Assembly: GCF_964204645.1 (NCBI RefSeq) | Contig: NC_134035.1 | Span: 2,046,001-2,110,000, forward strand | Reading direction: 5' to 3' | Length of the DNA: 64,000 nucleotides | DNA from: Tubulanus polymorphus | Taxonomy: Eukaryota; Animalia; Nemertea | Shown: piece by piece, positions 46,400 through 59,814 of the stretch | Numbering within the stretch: the stretch's first letter is position 1 | Layout: each line of letters starts with the position of its first letter | Program-made: the position numbers and the translations under genes | Notes under the pieces: generated by a model | Database searches by the model: none | Seen by the model: the letters and a program-made list of their open reading frames with translations, nothing else | What the model was told of the DNA's origin: nothing

Positions 46400-49300
46400 C
46401 TTTGGGATAAGTTGAATACCGCCCCAGTTTAGTAATACAAGAATCTTCTTTTTGAAGTAAGATAAACTGCACCTGTTGGAATCACTTTGGGGTAAGATTA
46501 AAGCTCTCAACCCCTGTTTAGCAATACATGAATCTGTACTTTGTGCTAATATAAGCTTTTCACTTTTGACCTATATAAACTGCACCTGTAAAAATATTTC
46601 CACTTTGGGGTAAGATAAGCTACCCCTGTTAGAATCTCGTCTCTTTAGGGTAAGATAAACTACCCCTGTTAGAATCTTTTTATTATTAGGGTTACTACCC
46701 CTGTTAGAATCTCTTTGGGGTATTACAGAATACCCCTGTTAGAATCTCCTTTCTCTTTGGGGTAAGATAAACTACCCATGTTTATTTTAGTAATACAAGA
46801 ATCTTTTTGGGTAAAAGATCAATATACTGCTCCTGTAAGAGTAAGAATCCCTTCTCTTTTGGGGTAAGATAAACGCTACAAACCTTGTTTAGTAATACAT
46901 GAATCTTTTCTTTTTGGGGAAAGATAAACTGTTCATGTAAGAGTCTATTCTTACTTTGGGGTAAGATAAACTACCCCTGCAAGAAACTTTTTCCGTTGGG
47001 GTAAGATAAATGTAACCCCTGTAAAAATGTTTCACTTGGGGTAAGATAAGCTTGATGTATGTTAAGTACCCTTGAGGAGAGGTATGGCTAACTAGATGAG
47101 TTCAAACCCCAAACAATCTTCTCTTTGGGGTAAGACATACTTCCCCTGTCAGAATCTTTGGGGTAAGATAAGCTACAACCCCTGTTTATTCAGTGAATCT
47201 TCTCTTTGGGGTAAGATAAGCTACCCTGTTTATTCAGTGAATCTTTTCTTTGGGGGTAAGATAAGCTACACCTGTAAGAATCTCTTTTCTCCTACGGGTA
47301 GGATAGATAATTAATAAATGAATAAATAAGCTTGGTGTATGTTATGTATAGCTATCCTTGAGGAGAGGGATGGCTTACTAGTTTGAGCTCAGTGAGTTAA
47401 AACCCCAATCTTCTTTTTGGGGCGAGATAAGCTTCCCCTGTAAGAATCTTATTACTTTGGGGTAGGTTAAGCTACAAACCCTGTTTAGTAAGGCATGAAT
47501 CTGTACTTTGTGGTGATATATGCTTTTAACCTAGATAAACTAGTCCTGTAAAAGTGTTTATTTTTTACCTTTTGGGTAAGATAAACTACAACCCTTGTTT
47601 ATTAATACATGAATCTTTTCTTCTTTTTGGGGAAAGATAAACTGTTCATGTAAGAATCTATTTTTACTTTAGGGTAAGATAAGCTAACCTGTTTATTCAG
47701 TGAATCTTCTCTTTGGGGTAAGATAAGCTACCCCTGTAAGAATCGTATTATACTTTGGGGTAGGTTAAGCTACAAACCCTGTTTAGTAAGGCATGAATCT
47801 GTAGTGGTGATATATGCTTTTCACTTTTGACCTAGATAAAATAGTCCTGTAAAAGTGTTTTTTTTACCTTTTGGGTAAAATAAACTACAACCCTTGTTTA
47901 GTTATACATGAATCTTTTCTTTTTGGGGAAAGTAAACTGTTCATGTAAGAATCTTTTCTTACTTTGGGGTAAGATAAACTACCCCTGCAACAAACTTTTT
48001 CCGTTGGGATAAGATAAATGTAACCCCTGTAAAAATGTTTCACTTGGGGTAAGATAAGCTTGATGTATGTTAAGTACCCTTGAGGAGAGGTATGGCTAAC
48101 TAGATGAGTTCAAACCCCAAACAATCTTCTCTTTGGGGTAAGACATACTTCCCCTGTGAGAATCTTTGGGGTAAGATAAGCTACCCTGTTTATTCAGTGA
48201 ATCTTCTCTTTGGGGTAAGATAAACTACCCCTGTAAGAATCTGTTTATTTTGGGGGAAAACAAACTGCTCCTGTAAGAATCTCTTCTCTTTGGGGTAAGA
48301 TAAGCTACCCCTGGAAAAATGTTTTCACTTCGGGGCAAGATAAACTGCTAAACTGCTCCTGTTAGAATCTCTTTGCCCTGTGGGGTAAGATAAACTACCC
48401 CTGTTAGAATCTCATTTCTCTCATAAGCAGCAACATTTCTTAGAAAAATATCTATCGTAAAAATACAAGACAAACTGCTCCTGTATCTTTTCTTCACTTT
48501 GGGGTAAGATGAGCTACCCCTGTAAGAATCATATCACTTTTGGGTAAACTACTCCTAGAATCTCATTTCTCCTACGGGTAAGATAAATATAACATTATTA
48601 ATAAAAGAAAAACTTGTCAGAATCTTTTCTTCACTTTGAGGTAAGATAGGCTACAACCCCTGTAAAAATGTTTCACTTGGGGTAAGATAAGCTCGGTGTA
48701 TGTTATGTACCCTTGAGGAGAGGTAAGGCTTACTAGTTTGAGCTCAGTCTGTGAATTCAAACCCCGATCTTCTTTTCGGGGTAAGATAAGCTACCCCTGT
48801 AAGAATCTGTTTACTTTGGGGTAAGATAAACTACCCCTGTAAGAATCTTTTACCTTTGGGGTAAGATAAATATAACCCCTATTTATTTAGTAATACATGA
48901 ATCTTCTCTTTGGGGTAAGATAAACTGCCCCTGTAAGAATCTGTTTACTTTGGGGTAAGATAAACTGCCCCTGTAAGAATCTGTTTACTTTGGGGTAAGA
49001 TAAGCTATTCCTGTAAGAATCTCTTTTACCTTTGGAGTAAGATAAGCTACCGTGTAAGAATTTTTTACTTTGGGGTAAGATAAGCTATCCCTGTAAGAAT
49101 CATTTTACTATGGGGTAAGATAAACTACCCCTGTAAGAATCTTTTACCTTTGGAGTAAGATAAGCTACCCCTGTAAGAATCTTTTACTTTGGGGTAAGAT
49201 AAACTACCCCTGTAAGAATCTTTTACCTTTGGAGTAAGATAAGCTACCCCTGTAAGAATCTTTTACTTTGGGGTAAGATAAGCTACCCCTGTAAGAATCT

Positions 49301-50110
49301 TTTACTTTGGGGTAAGATAAACTACCCCTGTAAGAATCTTTTACCTTTGGAGTAAGATAAGCTACCCCTGTAAGAATCTTTTACTTTGGGGTAAGATAAG
49401 CTACCCCTGTAAGAATCTTTTACTATGGGGTAAGATAAACTACCCCTGTAAGAATCTCTTTTCTCTTTGGAGTAAGATAAGCTACCCCTGTAAGAATCTT
49501 TTACTTTGGGGTAAGATGAATATAACCCCTATTTATTTAGCAATACATGATCTTCTCTTTGGGGTAAGATAAACTACCCCTGTCAGAATCTTTTACTTTG
49601 GGGTAAGATAAACTACCCCTGTCAGAATCTTTTACTTTGGGGTAAGATGAATATAACCCCTATTTAGTAATACATGAATCTTCACTTTGGGGTAAGATGA
49701 GCTACCCCTGTCAGAATCATTTCACTATGGGGTAAGATAAGCCACCCCTGTTAGAATCTCATTTTTCCTACGGGTAAGATAAATATAACATAAGAAATAC
49801 AAGACAAGCTGCTCCTGTAAGAATCTTTTACTTTGGGGTAAAATAAGCTATCCCTGTAAGAATCTTTTACTTTGGGGTAAGATAAGCTATCCCTGTAAGA
49901 ATCATTTTACTATGGGGTAAGATAAACTACCCCTGTAAGAATCTCTTTTCTCTTTGGAGTAAGATAAGCTACCCCTGTAAGAATCTTTTACTTTGGGGTA
50001 AGATGAATATAACCCCTATTTATTTAGTAATACATGGATCTTCTCTTTGGAGTAAGATAAGCTCCACAAGAATCATTTCTTCACTTTGGGGTAAGATAAA
50101 CTATATCCCC
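46400..50110 (+). repeat. ~39-40-nt hairpin-forming satellite (ttttactttggggtaagataa[a/g]ctacccctgtaagaatc)n, with a ~1-kb higher-order duplication
   Basis: Homogeneous at ~48770-50000 (period 39 at 49261/49300) and more diverged to the left. The cttgatgtatgttaagtacccttgaggagagg block recurs at ~47051 and ~48059. Confidence 0.95.
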
Positions 50111-50370
50111 TATATATAAAAATGCCGAGATATTCGTTTCATTAATTGGTAGTAATTGTTAATGAGTTTACAGTACGATGCAGTTATTCATGTTAAAAGT
50201 TCAGGCATTAGCCTTTCTCTATGTATGAAGTTGCACTCGCTTTCTGCATCTTATCCAGGAATATTTTCAATATTTTTGATGTAAGTATGTTTACAACATA
50301 CTCACTACAACTAAACCAAGCTTTTATCTTGGATGTAAAACTAAGCGTGTTCGTTAGTTCAAAGAGTATG

Positions 50371-50973
50371 ACTACTCATTCGTTAGTTCAAGTATACGAC
50401 TACTCATTCGTTAGTTCAAGTATACGACTACTCATTCGTTAGTTCAAGTATACGACAACTCATTCGTTAGTTCAAGTATACGACAACTCATTCGTTAGTT
50501 CAAGTATACGACTACTCATTCGTTAGTTCAAGTATACGACTACTCATTCGTTAGTTCAAGTATACGACTACTCATTCGTTAGTTCAAGTATACGACTACT
50601 CATTCGTTAGTTCAAGTATACGACTACTCATTCGTTAGTTCAAGTATACGACTACTCATTCGTTAGTTCAAGTATACGACTACTCATTCGTTAGTTCAAG
50701 TATACGACTACTCATTCGTTAGTTCAAGTATACGACTACTCATTCGTTAGTTCAAGTATACGACTACTCATTCGTTAGTTCAAGTATACGACTACTCATT
50801 CGTTAGTTCAAGTATACGACTACTCATTCGTTAGTTCAAGTATACGACTACTCATTCGTTAGTTCAAGTATACGACTACTCATTCGTTAGTTCAAGTATA
50901 CGACTACTCATTCGTTAGTTCAAGTATACGACTACTCATTCGTTAGTTCAAGTATACGACTACTCATTCGTTA
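50371..50973 (+). repeat. 28-nt tandem repeat (actactcattcgttagttcaagtatacg), ~21 near-identical copies
   Basis: Directly visible; period 28. Confidence 0.97.
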
Positions 50974-52217
50974 TTTCGTAGGTCAAATTAGTTGACTACG
51001 TGTGTTTTGCTGCTGGTTACCCTTTTTTTGCCTTCGATCTATCTGAAGATACCTTCGCCTCTTCCATGCTCTCCTCTGTCCGTGCTTCACTGCTTCTGCG
51101 CTGTTCCACGGTTTATGCTGCGGCGCTGTGATCTGAGCCTCTGTCGACTGTATGCGTCTGCTTTTGCCAGTAAGTACCCTTTTATTTTTTTGGTGGGTCC
51201 CGGGATGTTTTTTATCGATTTTTTCTCCGCTGCGGTACATTGCCAAGTCACTTTTTTGAACTCGATAAATTGGCGTGAGCCTCGGGATAACGATGATAAT
51301 TATTATCATCCGAATATGTGTTGCAGTGTTGCGACACTTTAACTGTGGACCGTTGATGGTCTTTATATATATTTATGTGGCTTGGCAATTAGATCTAGTT
51401 GGGGGCCCTTGGACTTCAATATGTTTTGGGGGGCCCCACCCACCCGTTATAACAATGTGATGATGAGGTCAACTATATATATTTTCATCTATTTCACAAT
51501 GAAATAGATTGCTAAAGGTTTACGGTTTTCCTGAAACCAGATTTCATTACGCAGTTTAACTGCCATCTTATGTAAAAAGTTTTAAAATCTGATCTAATGT
51601 TGAATGCAGAGTTTTGCTGTACTCTGATATTTTGCGATGAAATAGATTGCTGAAGGTTTACAGTTTTTACTGAAACCAGATTTCATTGAGATTTTTTTCC
51701 CTTCGATCTATCTGAAGATACCTTCGCCGTTTTTTACTGAAACCAGATTTTATTACGCAGTATAACTGCCATCTTATGTAAATAGATTCAATAATACAAA
51801 CTGACTTAATGTTTAGATCAGTTGTAACTGAGGGCGTAACCTTGGTATTTTTACTGTACATGAAAACATTCCTGTGAAGAAATGTTTTACCCTGTTAACT
51901 TTTTAATATTGATATCGCGATAAACTTATTGATATCGCGATAAACTTGTTCCTCTCATATTATCACATTTTACCCGCCCAATATAGGATTCTTGTTTATT
52001 TGGTTCAGGGATATACCACGGGTTAGTTGAGGGATTTTTATGCCGCAGTGGAGCTTTATTGTAATCATAAATGGTTTTTGTTCGATTATATTTCGTAAAA
52101 GGCTTTACCCGGACCATCCTTTTACTTGTCTCGATTCGTCGTCGTCGTCGTCGAACCCGGATCCGCTACCATCGCGATATTCCGCTTATGATCGTTTACG
52201 TTTTGATTAAAGTAGCG

Positions 52218-52440
52218 ATCGACTGGCTCTGCTATCATTTACCGTCAACGTGCGGTGGTCAACTGAACCTAATGTCAACTCACCGCGTGATAAACTGGCT
52301 CTGCTATCATTTACCGTCAACGCGCAGTGGTCAACTGAATCTACTGTCAACTCACCACGCGATCGACTGGCACTGCTATCATTTACCGTCAACACCCGGT
52401 GGTCATCTAACCCTGCGATCAACTCAGTACTGTCAACTCA
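52218..52440 (+). repeat. 72-nt tandem repeat (~3 copies) beginning GCTATCATTTACCGTCAAC; partly duplicated at ~59815-60022
   Basis: gctatcatttaccgtcaac at 52231, 52303, 52375 and again at 59820. Confidence 0.85.
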
Positions 52441-52554
52441 AACTGCGGTCAACGCTACTCTCAGCTAAATGTCGACTCAATGGTCAGATCTTATGTCAAC
52501 TCTATCTTGGAGTCATTCAGTCTTATTACTCCACCAACATTCAACGGTCAACTG

Positions 52555-55500
52555 GGCAAACAACTCAAGCAAATCAGGTAATTATCTTTCTCATCACTTC
52601 TCACTTTAAAATTTGTAGTTTTGTGTAATATTTTGATGTGTTTGAAATCTGTATTTATATTTTGTTTTATCATTTCAGTTTCTCCAATTTGCTGTTGTTA
52701 CTATGAACCGGAAAACACTGCTTCGCAAAAACAACGTCGTACAGTGTGAACAAATCTGATAATCAAAATCCACTATATTGCTATCAGTTGCGTCTCGTGG
52801 ACAGTATCGCTATCAGTTCCATCTCGTGGACGGTATCGCTATCAGTTGCGTCTCGTGGACGGTATCGCTATCAGTTGCATCTCATGGACAGTATCGCTAT
52901 CAGTTGCGTCTCGTGGACGGTATCGCTATCAGTTGCGTCTCGTGGACGGTATCGCTATCAGTTGCGTCTCGTGGACGGTATCGCTATCAGTTGCATCTCG
53001 TGGACGGTATCGCTATCAGTTGCGTCTCGTGGACGGTATCGCTATCAGTTGCGTCTCGTGGACGGTATCGCTATCAGTTGCGTCTCGTGGACGGTATCGC
53101 TATCAGTTGCGTCTCGTGGACGGTATCGCTATCAGTTGCGTCTCGTGGACAGTATCGCTATCAGTTGCGTCTCGTGGACGGTATCGCGTTCAGTTGCGTC
53201 TCGTGGACAGTATCGCTATCAGTTCCATCAACTGGACAAACAACTCAAGCAAATCAGGTAATTATCTTTCTCATCACTTCTCACTTTAAAATTTGTAGTT
53301 TTGTGTAATATTTTGATGTGTTTGAAATCTGTATTTATATTTTGTTTTATCATTTCAGTTTCTCCAATTTGCTGTTGTTACTATGAACCGGAAAACACTG
53401 CTTCGCAAAAACAATGTCGTACAGTGTGAACAAATCTGATCAATCAAAATCCACTATATTGCTATCAGTTGCATCTCGTGGACAGTACTGCTATCAGTTG
53501 CATCTCGTGGACGGTATCGCTATCAGTTGCATCTCGTGGACGGTATCGCTATCAGTTGCGTCTCGTGGACGGTATCGCTATCAGTTGCGTCTCGTGGACG
53601 GTATCGCTATCAGTTGCGTCTCGTGGACGGTATCGCTATCAGTTGCGTCTCGTGGACGGTATCGCTATCAGTTGCGTCTCGTGGACGGTATCGCTATCTG
53701 TTGCGTCTCGTGGACGGTATCGCTATCAGTTGCATCTCGTGGACAGTATTGCTATCAGTTGCATCTCGTGGACGGTATCGCTATCAGTTGCATCTCGTGG
53801 ACGGTATCGCTATCAGTTGCGTCTCGTGGACGGTTTCGCTATCAGTTGCGTCTCGTGGACAGTATCGCTATCAGTTCCATCAACTGGACAAACAACTCAA
53901 GCAAATCAGGTAATTATCTTTCTCATCACTTCTCACTTTAAAATTTGTAGTTTTGTGTAATATTTTGATGTGTTTGAAATCTGTATTTATATTTTGTTTT
54001 ATCATTTCAGTTTCTCCAATTTGCTGTTGTTACTATGAACCGGAAAACACTGCTTCGCAAAAACAATGTCGTACAGTGTGAACAAATCTGATCAATCAAA
54101 ATCCACTATATTGCTATCAGTTGCATCTCGTGGACAGTATTGCTATCAGTTGCATCTCGTGGACGGTATCGCTATCAGTTGCGTCTCGTGGACGGTATCG
54201 CTATCAGTTGCGTCTCGTGGACGGTATCGCTATCAGTTGCGTCTCGTGGACGGTATCGCTATCAGTTGCGTCTCGTGGACGGTTTCGCTATCAGTTGCGT
54301 CTCGTGGACGGTATCGCTATCAGTTGCGTCTCGTGGACGGTATCGCTATCAGTTGCGTCTCGTGGACGGTATCGCTATCAGTTGCGTCTCGTGGACGGTA
54401 TCGCTATCAGTTGCGTCTCGTGGACGGTATCGCTATCTGTTGCGTCTCGTGGACGGTATCGCTATCAGTTGCGTCTCGTGGACGGTATCGCTATCAGTTG
54501 CATCTCGTGGACGGTATCGCTATCAGTTGCATCTCGTGGACGGTATCGCTATCAGTTGCGTCTCGTGGACGGTATCGCTATCAGTTGCGTCTCGTGGACA
54601 GTATCGCTATCAGTTGCGTCTCGTGGACGGTATCGCGTTCAGTTGCGTCTCGTGGACAGTATCGCTATCAGTTCCATCAACTGGACAAACAACTCAAGCA
54701 AATCAGGTAATTATCTTTCTCATCACTTCTCACTTTAAAATTTGTAGTTTTGTGTAATATTTTGATGTGTTTGAAATCTGTATTTATATTTTGTTTTATC
54801 ATTTCAGTTTCTCCAATTTGCTGTTGTTACTATGAACCGGAAAACACTGCTTCGCAAAAACAATGTCGTACAGTGTGAACAAATCTGATCAATCAAAATC
54901 CACTATATTGCTATCAGTTGCATCTCGTGGACAGTATTGCTATCAGTTGCATCTCGTGGACGGTATCGCTATCAGTTGCGTCTCGTGGACAGTATCGCTA
55001 TCAGTTGCGTCTCGTGGACGGTATCGCTATCAATTGCATCTCGTGGACGGTATCGCTATCAGTTGCATCTCGTGGACGGTATCGCTATCAGTTGCGTCTC
55101 GTGGACGGTTTCGCTATCAGTTGCGTCTCGTGGACAGTATCGCTATCAGTTCCATCAACTGGACAAACAACTCAAGCAAATCAGGTAATTATCTTTCTCA
55201 TCACTTCTCACTTTAAAATTTGTAGTTTTGTGTAATATTTTGATGTGTTTGAAATCTGTATTTATATTTTGTTTTATCATTTCAGTTTCTCCAATTTGCT
55301 GTTGTTACTATGAACCGGAAAACACTGCTTCGCAAAAACAATGTCGTACAGTGTGAACAAATCTGATCAATCAAAATCCACTATATTGCTATCAGTTGCA
55401 TCTCGTGGACAGTATCGCTATCAGTTGCATCTCGTGGACGGTATCGCTATCAGTTGCATCTCGTGGACGGTATCGCTATCAGTTGCGTCTCGTGGACGGT

Positions 55501-57960
55501 ATCGCTATCAGTTGCGTCTCGTGGACGGTATCGCTATCAGTTGCGTCTCGTGGACGGTTTCGCTATCAGTTGCGTCTCGTGGACGGTATCGCTATCAGTT
55601 GCGTCTCGTGGACGGTATCGCTATCAGTTGCGTCTCGTGGACGGTATCGCTATCTGTTGCGTCTCGTGGACGGTATCGCTATCAGTTGCGTCTCGTGGAC
55701 GGTATCGCTATCAGTTGCATCTCGTGGACGGTATCGCTATCAGTTGCGTCTCGTGGACGGTATCGCTATCAGTTGCGTCTCGTGGACGGTATCGCTATCA
55801 GTTGCGTCTCGTGGACAGTATCGCTATCAGTTGCGTCTCGTGGACGGTATCGCGTTCAGTTGCGTCTCGTGGACAGTATCGCTATCAGTTCCATCAACTG
55901 GACAAACAACTCAAGCAAATCAGGTAATTATCTTTCTCATCACTTCTCACTTTAAAATTTGTAGTTTTGTGTAATATTTTGATGTGTTTGAAATCTGTAT
56001 TTATATTTTGTTTTATCATTTCAGTTTCTCCAATTTGCTGTTGTTACTATGAACCGGAAAACACTGCTTCGCAAAAACAATGTCGTACAGTGTGAACAAA
56101 TCTGATCAATCAAAATCCACTATATTGCTATCAGTTGCATCTCGTGGACAGTATTGCTATCAGTTGCATCTCGTGGACGGTATCGCTATCAGTTGCGTCT
56201 CGTGGACAGTATCGCTATCAGTTGCGTCTCGTGGACGGTATCGCTATCAATTGCATCTCGTGGACGGTATCGCTATCAGTTGCGTCTCGTGGACAGTATC
56301 GCTATCAGTTGCGTCTCGTGGACGGTATCGCGTTCAGTTGCGTCTCGTGGACAGTATCGCTATCAGTTCCATCAACTGGACAAACAACTCAAGCAAATCA
56401 GGTAATTATCTTTCTCATCACTTCTCACTTTAAAATTTGTAGTTTTGTGTAATATTTTGATGTGTTTGAAATCTGTATTTATATTTTGTTTTATCATTTC
56501 AGTTTCTCCAATTTGCTGTTGTTACTATGAACCGGAAAACACTGCTTCGCAAAAACAATGTCGTACAGTGTGAACAAATCTGATCAATCAAAATCCACTA
56601 TATTGCTTTCAGTTGCATCTCGTGGACAGTATCGCTATCAGTTGCGTCTCGTGGACAGTATCGCTATCAGTTTCGTCTCGTGGACGGTATCGCTATCAGT
56701 TGCGTCTCGTGGACGGTATCGCTATCAGTTGCGTCTCGTGGACAGTATCGCTATCAGTTGCGTCTCGTGGACGGTATCGCTATCAGTTGCGTCTCGTGGA
56801 CAGTATGGCTATCAGTTGCGTCTCGTGGACAGTATCGCTATCAGTTGCGTCTCGTGGACGGTATCGCTATCAGTTGCGTCTCGTGGACAGTATGGCTATC
56901 AGTTGCGTCTCGTGGACAGTATCGCTATCAGTTGCGTCTCGTGGACGGTATCGCTATCAGTTGCGTCTCGTGGACGATCGCTATCAGTTGCGTCTCGTGG
57001 ACGGTATCGCTATCAGTTGCGTCTCGTGGACGGTATCGCTATCAGTTGCGTCTCGTGGACAGTATCGCTATCAGTTGCGTCTCGTGGACGGTATCGCTAT
57101 CAGTTGCGTCTCGTGGACGGTATCGCGTTCAGTTGCGTCTCGTGGACAGTATCACTATCAGTTCCATCAACTGGACAAACAACTCAAGCAAATCAGGTAA
57201 TTATCTTTCTCATCACTTCTCACTTTAAAATTTGTAGTTTTGTGTAATATTTTGATGTGTTTGAAATCTGTATTTATATTTTGTTTTATCATTTCAGTTT
57301 CTCCAATTTGCTGTTGTTACTATGAACCGGAAAACACTGCTTCGCAAAAACAATGTCGTACAGTGTGAACAAATCTGATCAATCAAAATCCACTATATTG
57401 CTATCAGTTGCATCTCGTGGACAGTATTGCTATCAGTTGCATCTCGTGGACGGTATCGCTATCAGTTGCATCTCGTGGACGGTATCGCTATCAGTTGCGT
57501 CTCGTGGACGGTTTCGGTATCAGTTGCGTCTCGTGGACAGTATCGCTATCAGTTGCGTCTCGTGGACGGTATCGCTATCAGTTGCGTCTCGTGGACGGTA
57601 TCGCTATCAGTTGCGTCTCGTGGACAGTATCGCTATCAGTTGCGTCTCGTGGACGGTATCGCTATCAGTTCCATCTCGTGGACGGTATCGCTATCAGTTC
57701 CATCTCTTGGACGGTATCGCTATCAGTTCCATCTCGTGGACGGTATCGCTATCAGTTCCATCTCGTGGACGGTATCGCTATCAGTTCCATCAACTGGACA
57801 AACAACTCAAGCAAATCAGGTAAATATTTCTTTCTCATAATTCCTTGTATTCGAATTACTTTATAGATTTGTAACATTTTGATTGGATTGAAATCTATAT
57901 TTATGTTTTGATTATTTTGTTGTTTTTCAGTTTCTACAATTTGCTGCTGTTATGATATGG
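52555..57960 (+). repeat. Two-level array: 29-nt repeat (gctatcagttgcgtctcgtggacggtatc)n blocks separated by a constant unique segment that includes a 101-nt GT-AG intron-like sequence
   Basis: Eight blocks of about 15, 14, 19, 8, 17, 8, 19 and 13 full repeats. Intron-like segments at 52578-52678, 53258-53358, 53910-54010, 54707-54807, 55185-55285, 55924-56024, 56402-56502, 57197-57297 and a 111-nt variant at 57820-57930. Confidence 0.95.
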
Positions 57961-58619
57961 GACGGTCGAAGCGCAAAGTCGATACTCAAGAGAAATTGAT
58001 ACTCAAAGAATTTTGGATATCAAATCTGTGAAATTGAGACCAAAATGATCAAATGTGCGTCTCAATCCTATGAAATTGAGATCAAATGTTCCATATTGAA
58101 ATATCAAAATTGTCTATCAAATCTTTGAAATCGAGACCAAATTGATCCATGATCCGTGAAACTATTATTTCCTTCAGAATTTAAATATGGAATCTCAGTT
58201 ATTTGCCTAATTCAATTTTCTTGCCAACAGGATTTGAACCTGTAAATGGATAAATCATTCTGGATGATAATGATGTATTACTAAACGGCAGGACGCAGTT
58301 CTATCGGGTTCTGAGTTCAGATTTAACACAAAAAGTTAAATCATGCGTAAGCAATGTACTAATTACTAATTCTAGTTGATTGATTTGATGATTTGAGTCT
58401 TCGAACTCACGAAGCTGAACTTAACAAAGGAAACTTCTATGATTTCCAATGAATTGCCTTTTGAAAAACGACCAAATTATTTTGAGGCATTCATTATTCG
58501 GGAATTTTACCTGAATAGAATCCTATTTTTATTGAAATGAAAAGCTCAAGTGAAACACGTGAATAAGATCTCGTGTCTACGTTGGAAACACTTTGTGAAA
58601 TTTTTCGAATTTCAGAAAT

Positions 58620-58692
58620 TGTCATCAGGAATCGAACCTGAAACTGCACAGATTATTATATCTGGTTTACTCTTACCAATGAGCCAGATGGT
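58620..58692 (-). mobile_element. tRNA-derived SINE head (degenerate relatives near 58225, 59040, 59400)
   Basis: Minus strand tggctcattgg (A-box) ... ggttcgattcc (B-box). Confidence 0.45.
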
Positions 58693-59814
58693 GAACTTTA
58701 AACAACGTTGAGCAACAGTCAAAATGCTCTCTAAATCTGGATAATTTCTTCATCATTTTTGATTAAATTGCCATTTTTTGACGTCAAATTACTTTCATTT
58801 TTAGCAAAAAAACGACTACAGTATCAGTTAAGTCTTATTCATAGATTTTCATGATCTGGACCTGATATTGAACTTCTGAAATTTGGCATTCGTTTTTCTT
58901 ACAGATATGGTCATCAAATTATTGAAACTGAAAGGATTTTCCTGTTGGAATTTCTTTTTAGTTTCCATGTTTTGTATTCGATGCTGGTTTTGAACAAGTA
59001 CAAAATTTTTAAGGAGAAATCTCTAACATTTCTCGGCTTACAGGGACTGAACCTGTCACTATAAAATTACCAAGTTTTGTGTGATATCAAAATCTGCTAT
59101 TTTTGGTATCAAATACTTTCATTTTCAGCGAAAACTACAACAGTTATGAAGTTGTCTTATTCATAACTTCATAAACTGAACCTGATATCGAACTTCTCAA
59201 CTTTGGAAAATTTGTTGGGAAGTTTTTGTGAAATTTATTGTCATCAAAGTAAAATCCTAAACGGAGTTTCTTATTCATGGAATCATGTATGTTTTAGTTT
59301 CCATGTTTTGCATTTGATGCTCGGTTCAAAAGAACCCGAAGTGTTTAGAAATGATAAAATCTTTAACACTTTTCAGTTTAGTAGAAATAATGTGTATCTT
59401 CAGGGACCGAACCTGTAAACATTATTTCAAGTCTCATGTGACTTCATCAAAATCAATTATGAAAAATCTCGATGTGATACGATTATTTATTGTTCGACAT
59501 TTCAGTCGACTCGAGTTCAAACAAGGGAAAAAAAACGTTTGTGTAATGAAAGAAAAAAAATCATGTAAGAAAAAAAATTATGTAAGAAAAAAAATATATT
59601 GTAAGAAAAAAATATATATTGTAAATCAACAACGACGATGACGACAACAACGGGAATGGCAACGATGGACAACAATAGTAACCATAGTAACAACTAATTG
59701 GCTCCGTTAACTCCTGATACAACATCCACTCTATGACCACACGTTCAGTGGTCAACTTACTCAAAACCGGTAAGATCTGATGTCAGTGATCAACTCCTTG
59801 CTATCGATTGATTC

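Noticed and set aside
50371-57820. CRISPR array (28-29-nt repeats)
   Set aside because: Repeats are head-to-tail with no unique spacers, there are no cas genes, and the context is eukaryotic.
52746-57866. Dozens of overlapping 80-230 aa ORFs as real protein genes
   Set aside because: They arise from one stop-free 29-nt repeat read in three frames. The constant part of each unit has stops in all frames, so no long spliced CDS can be built.
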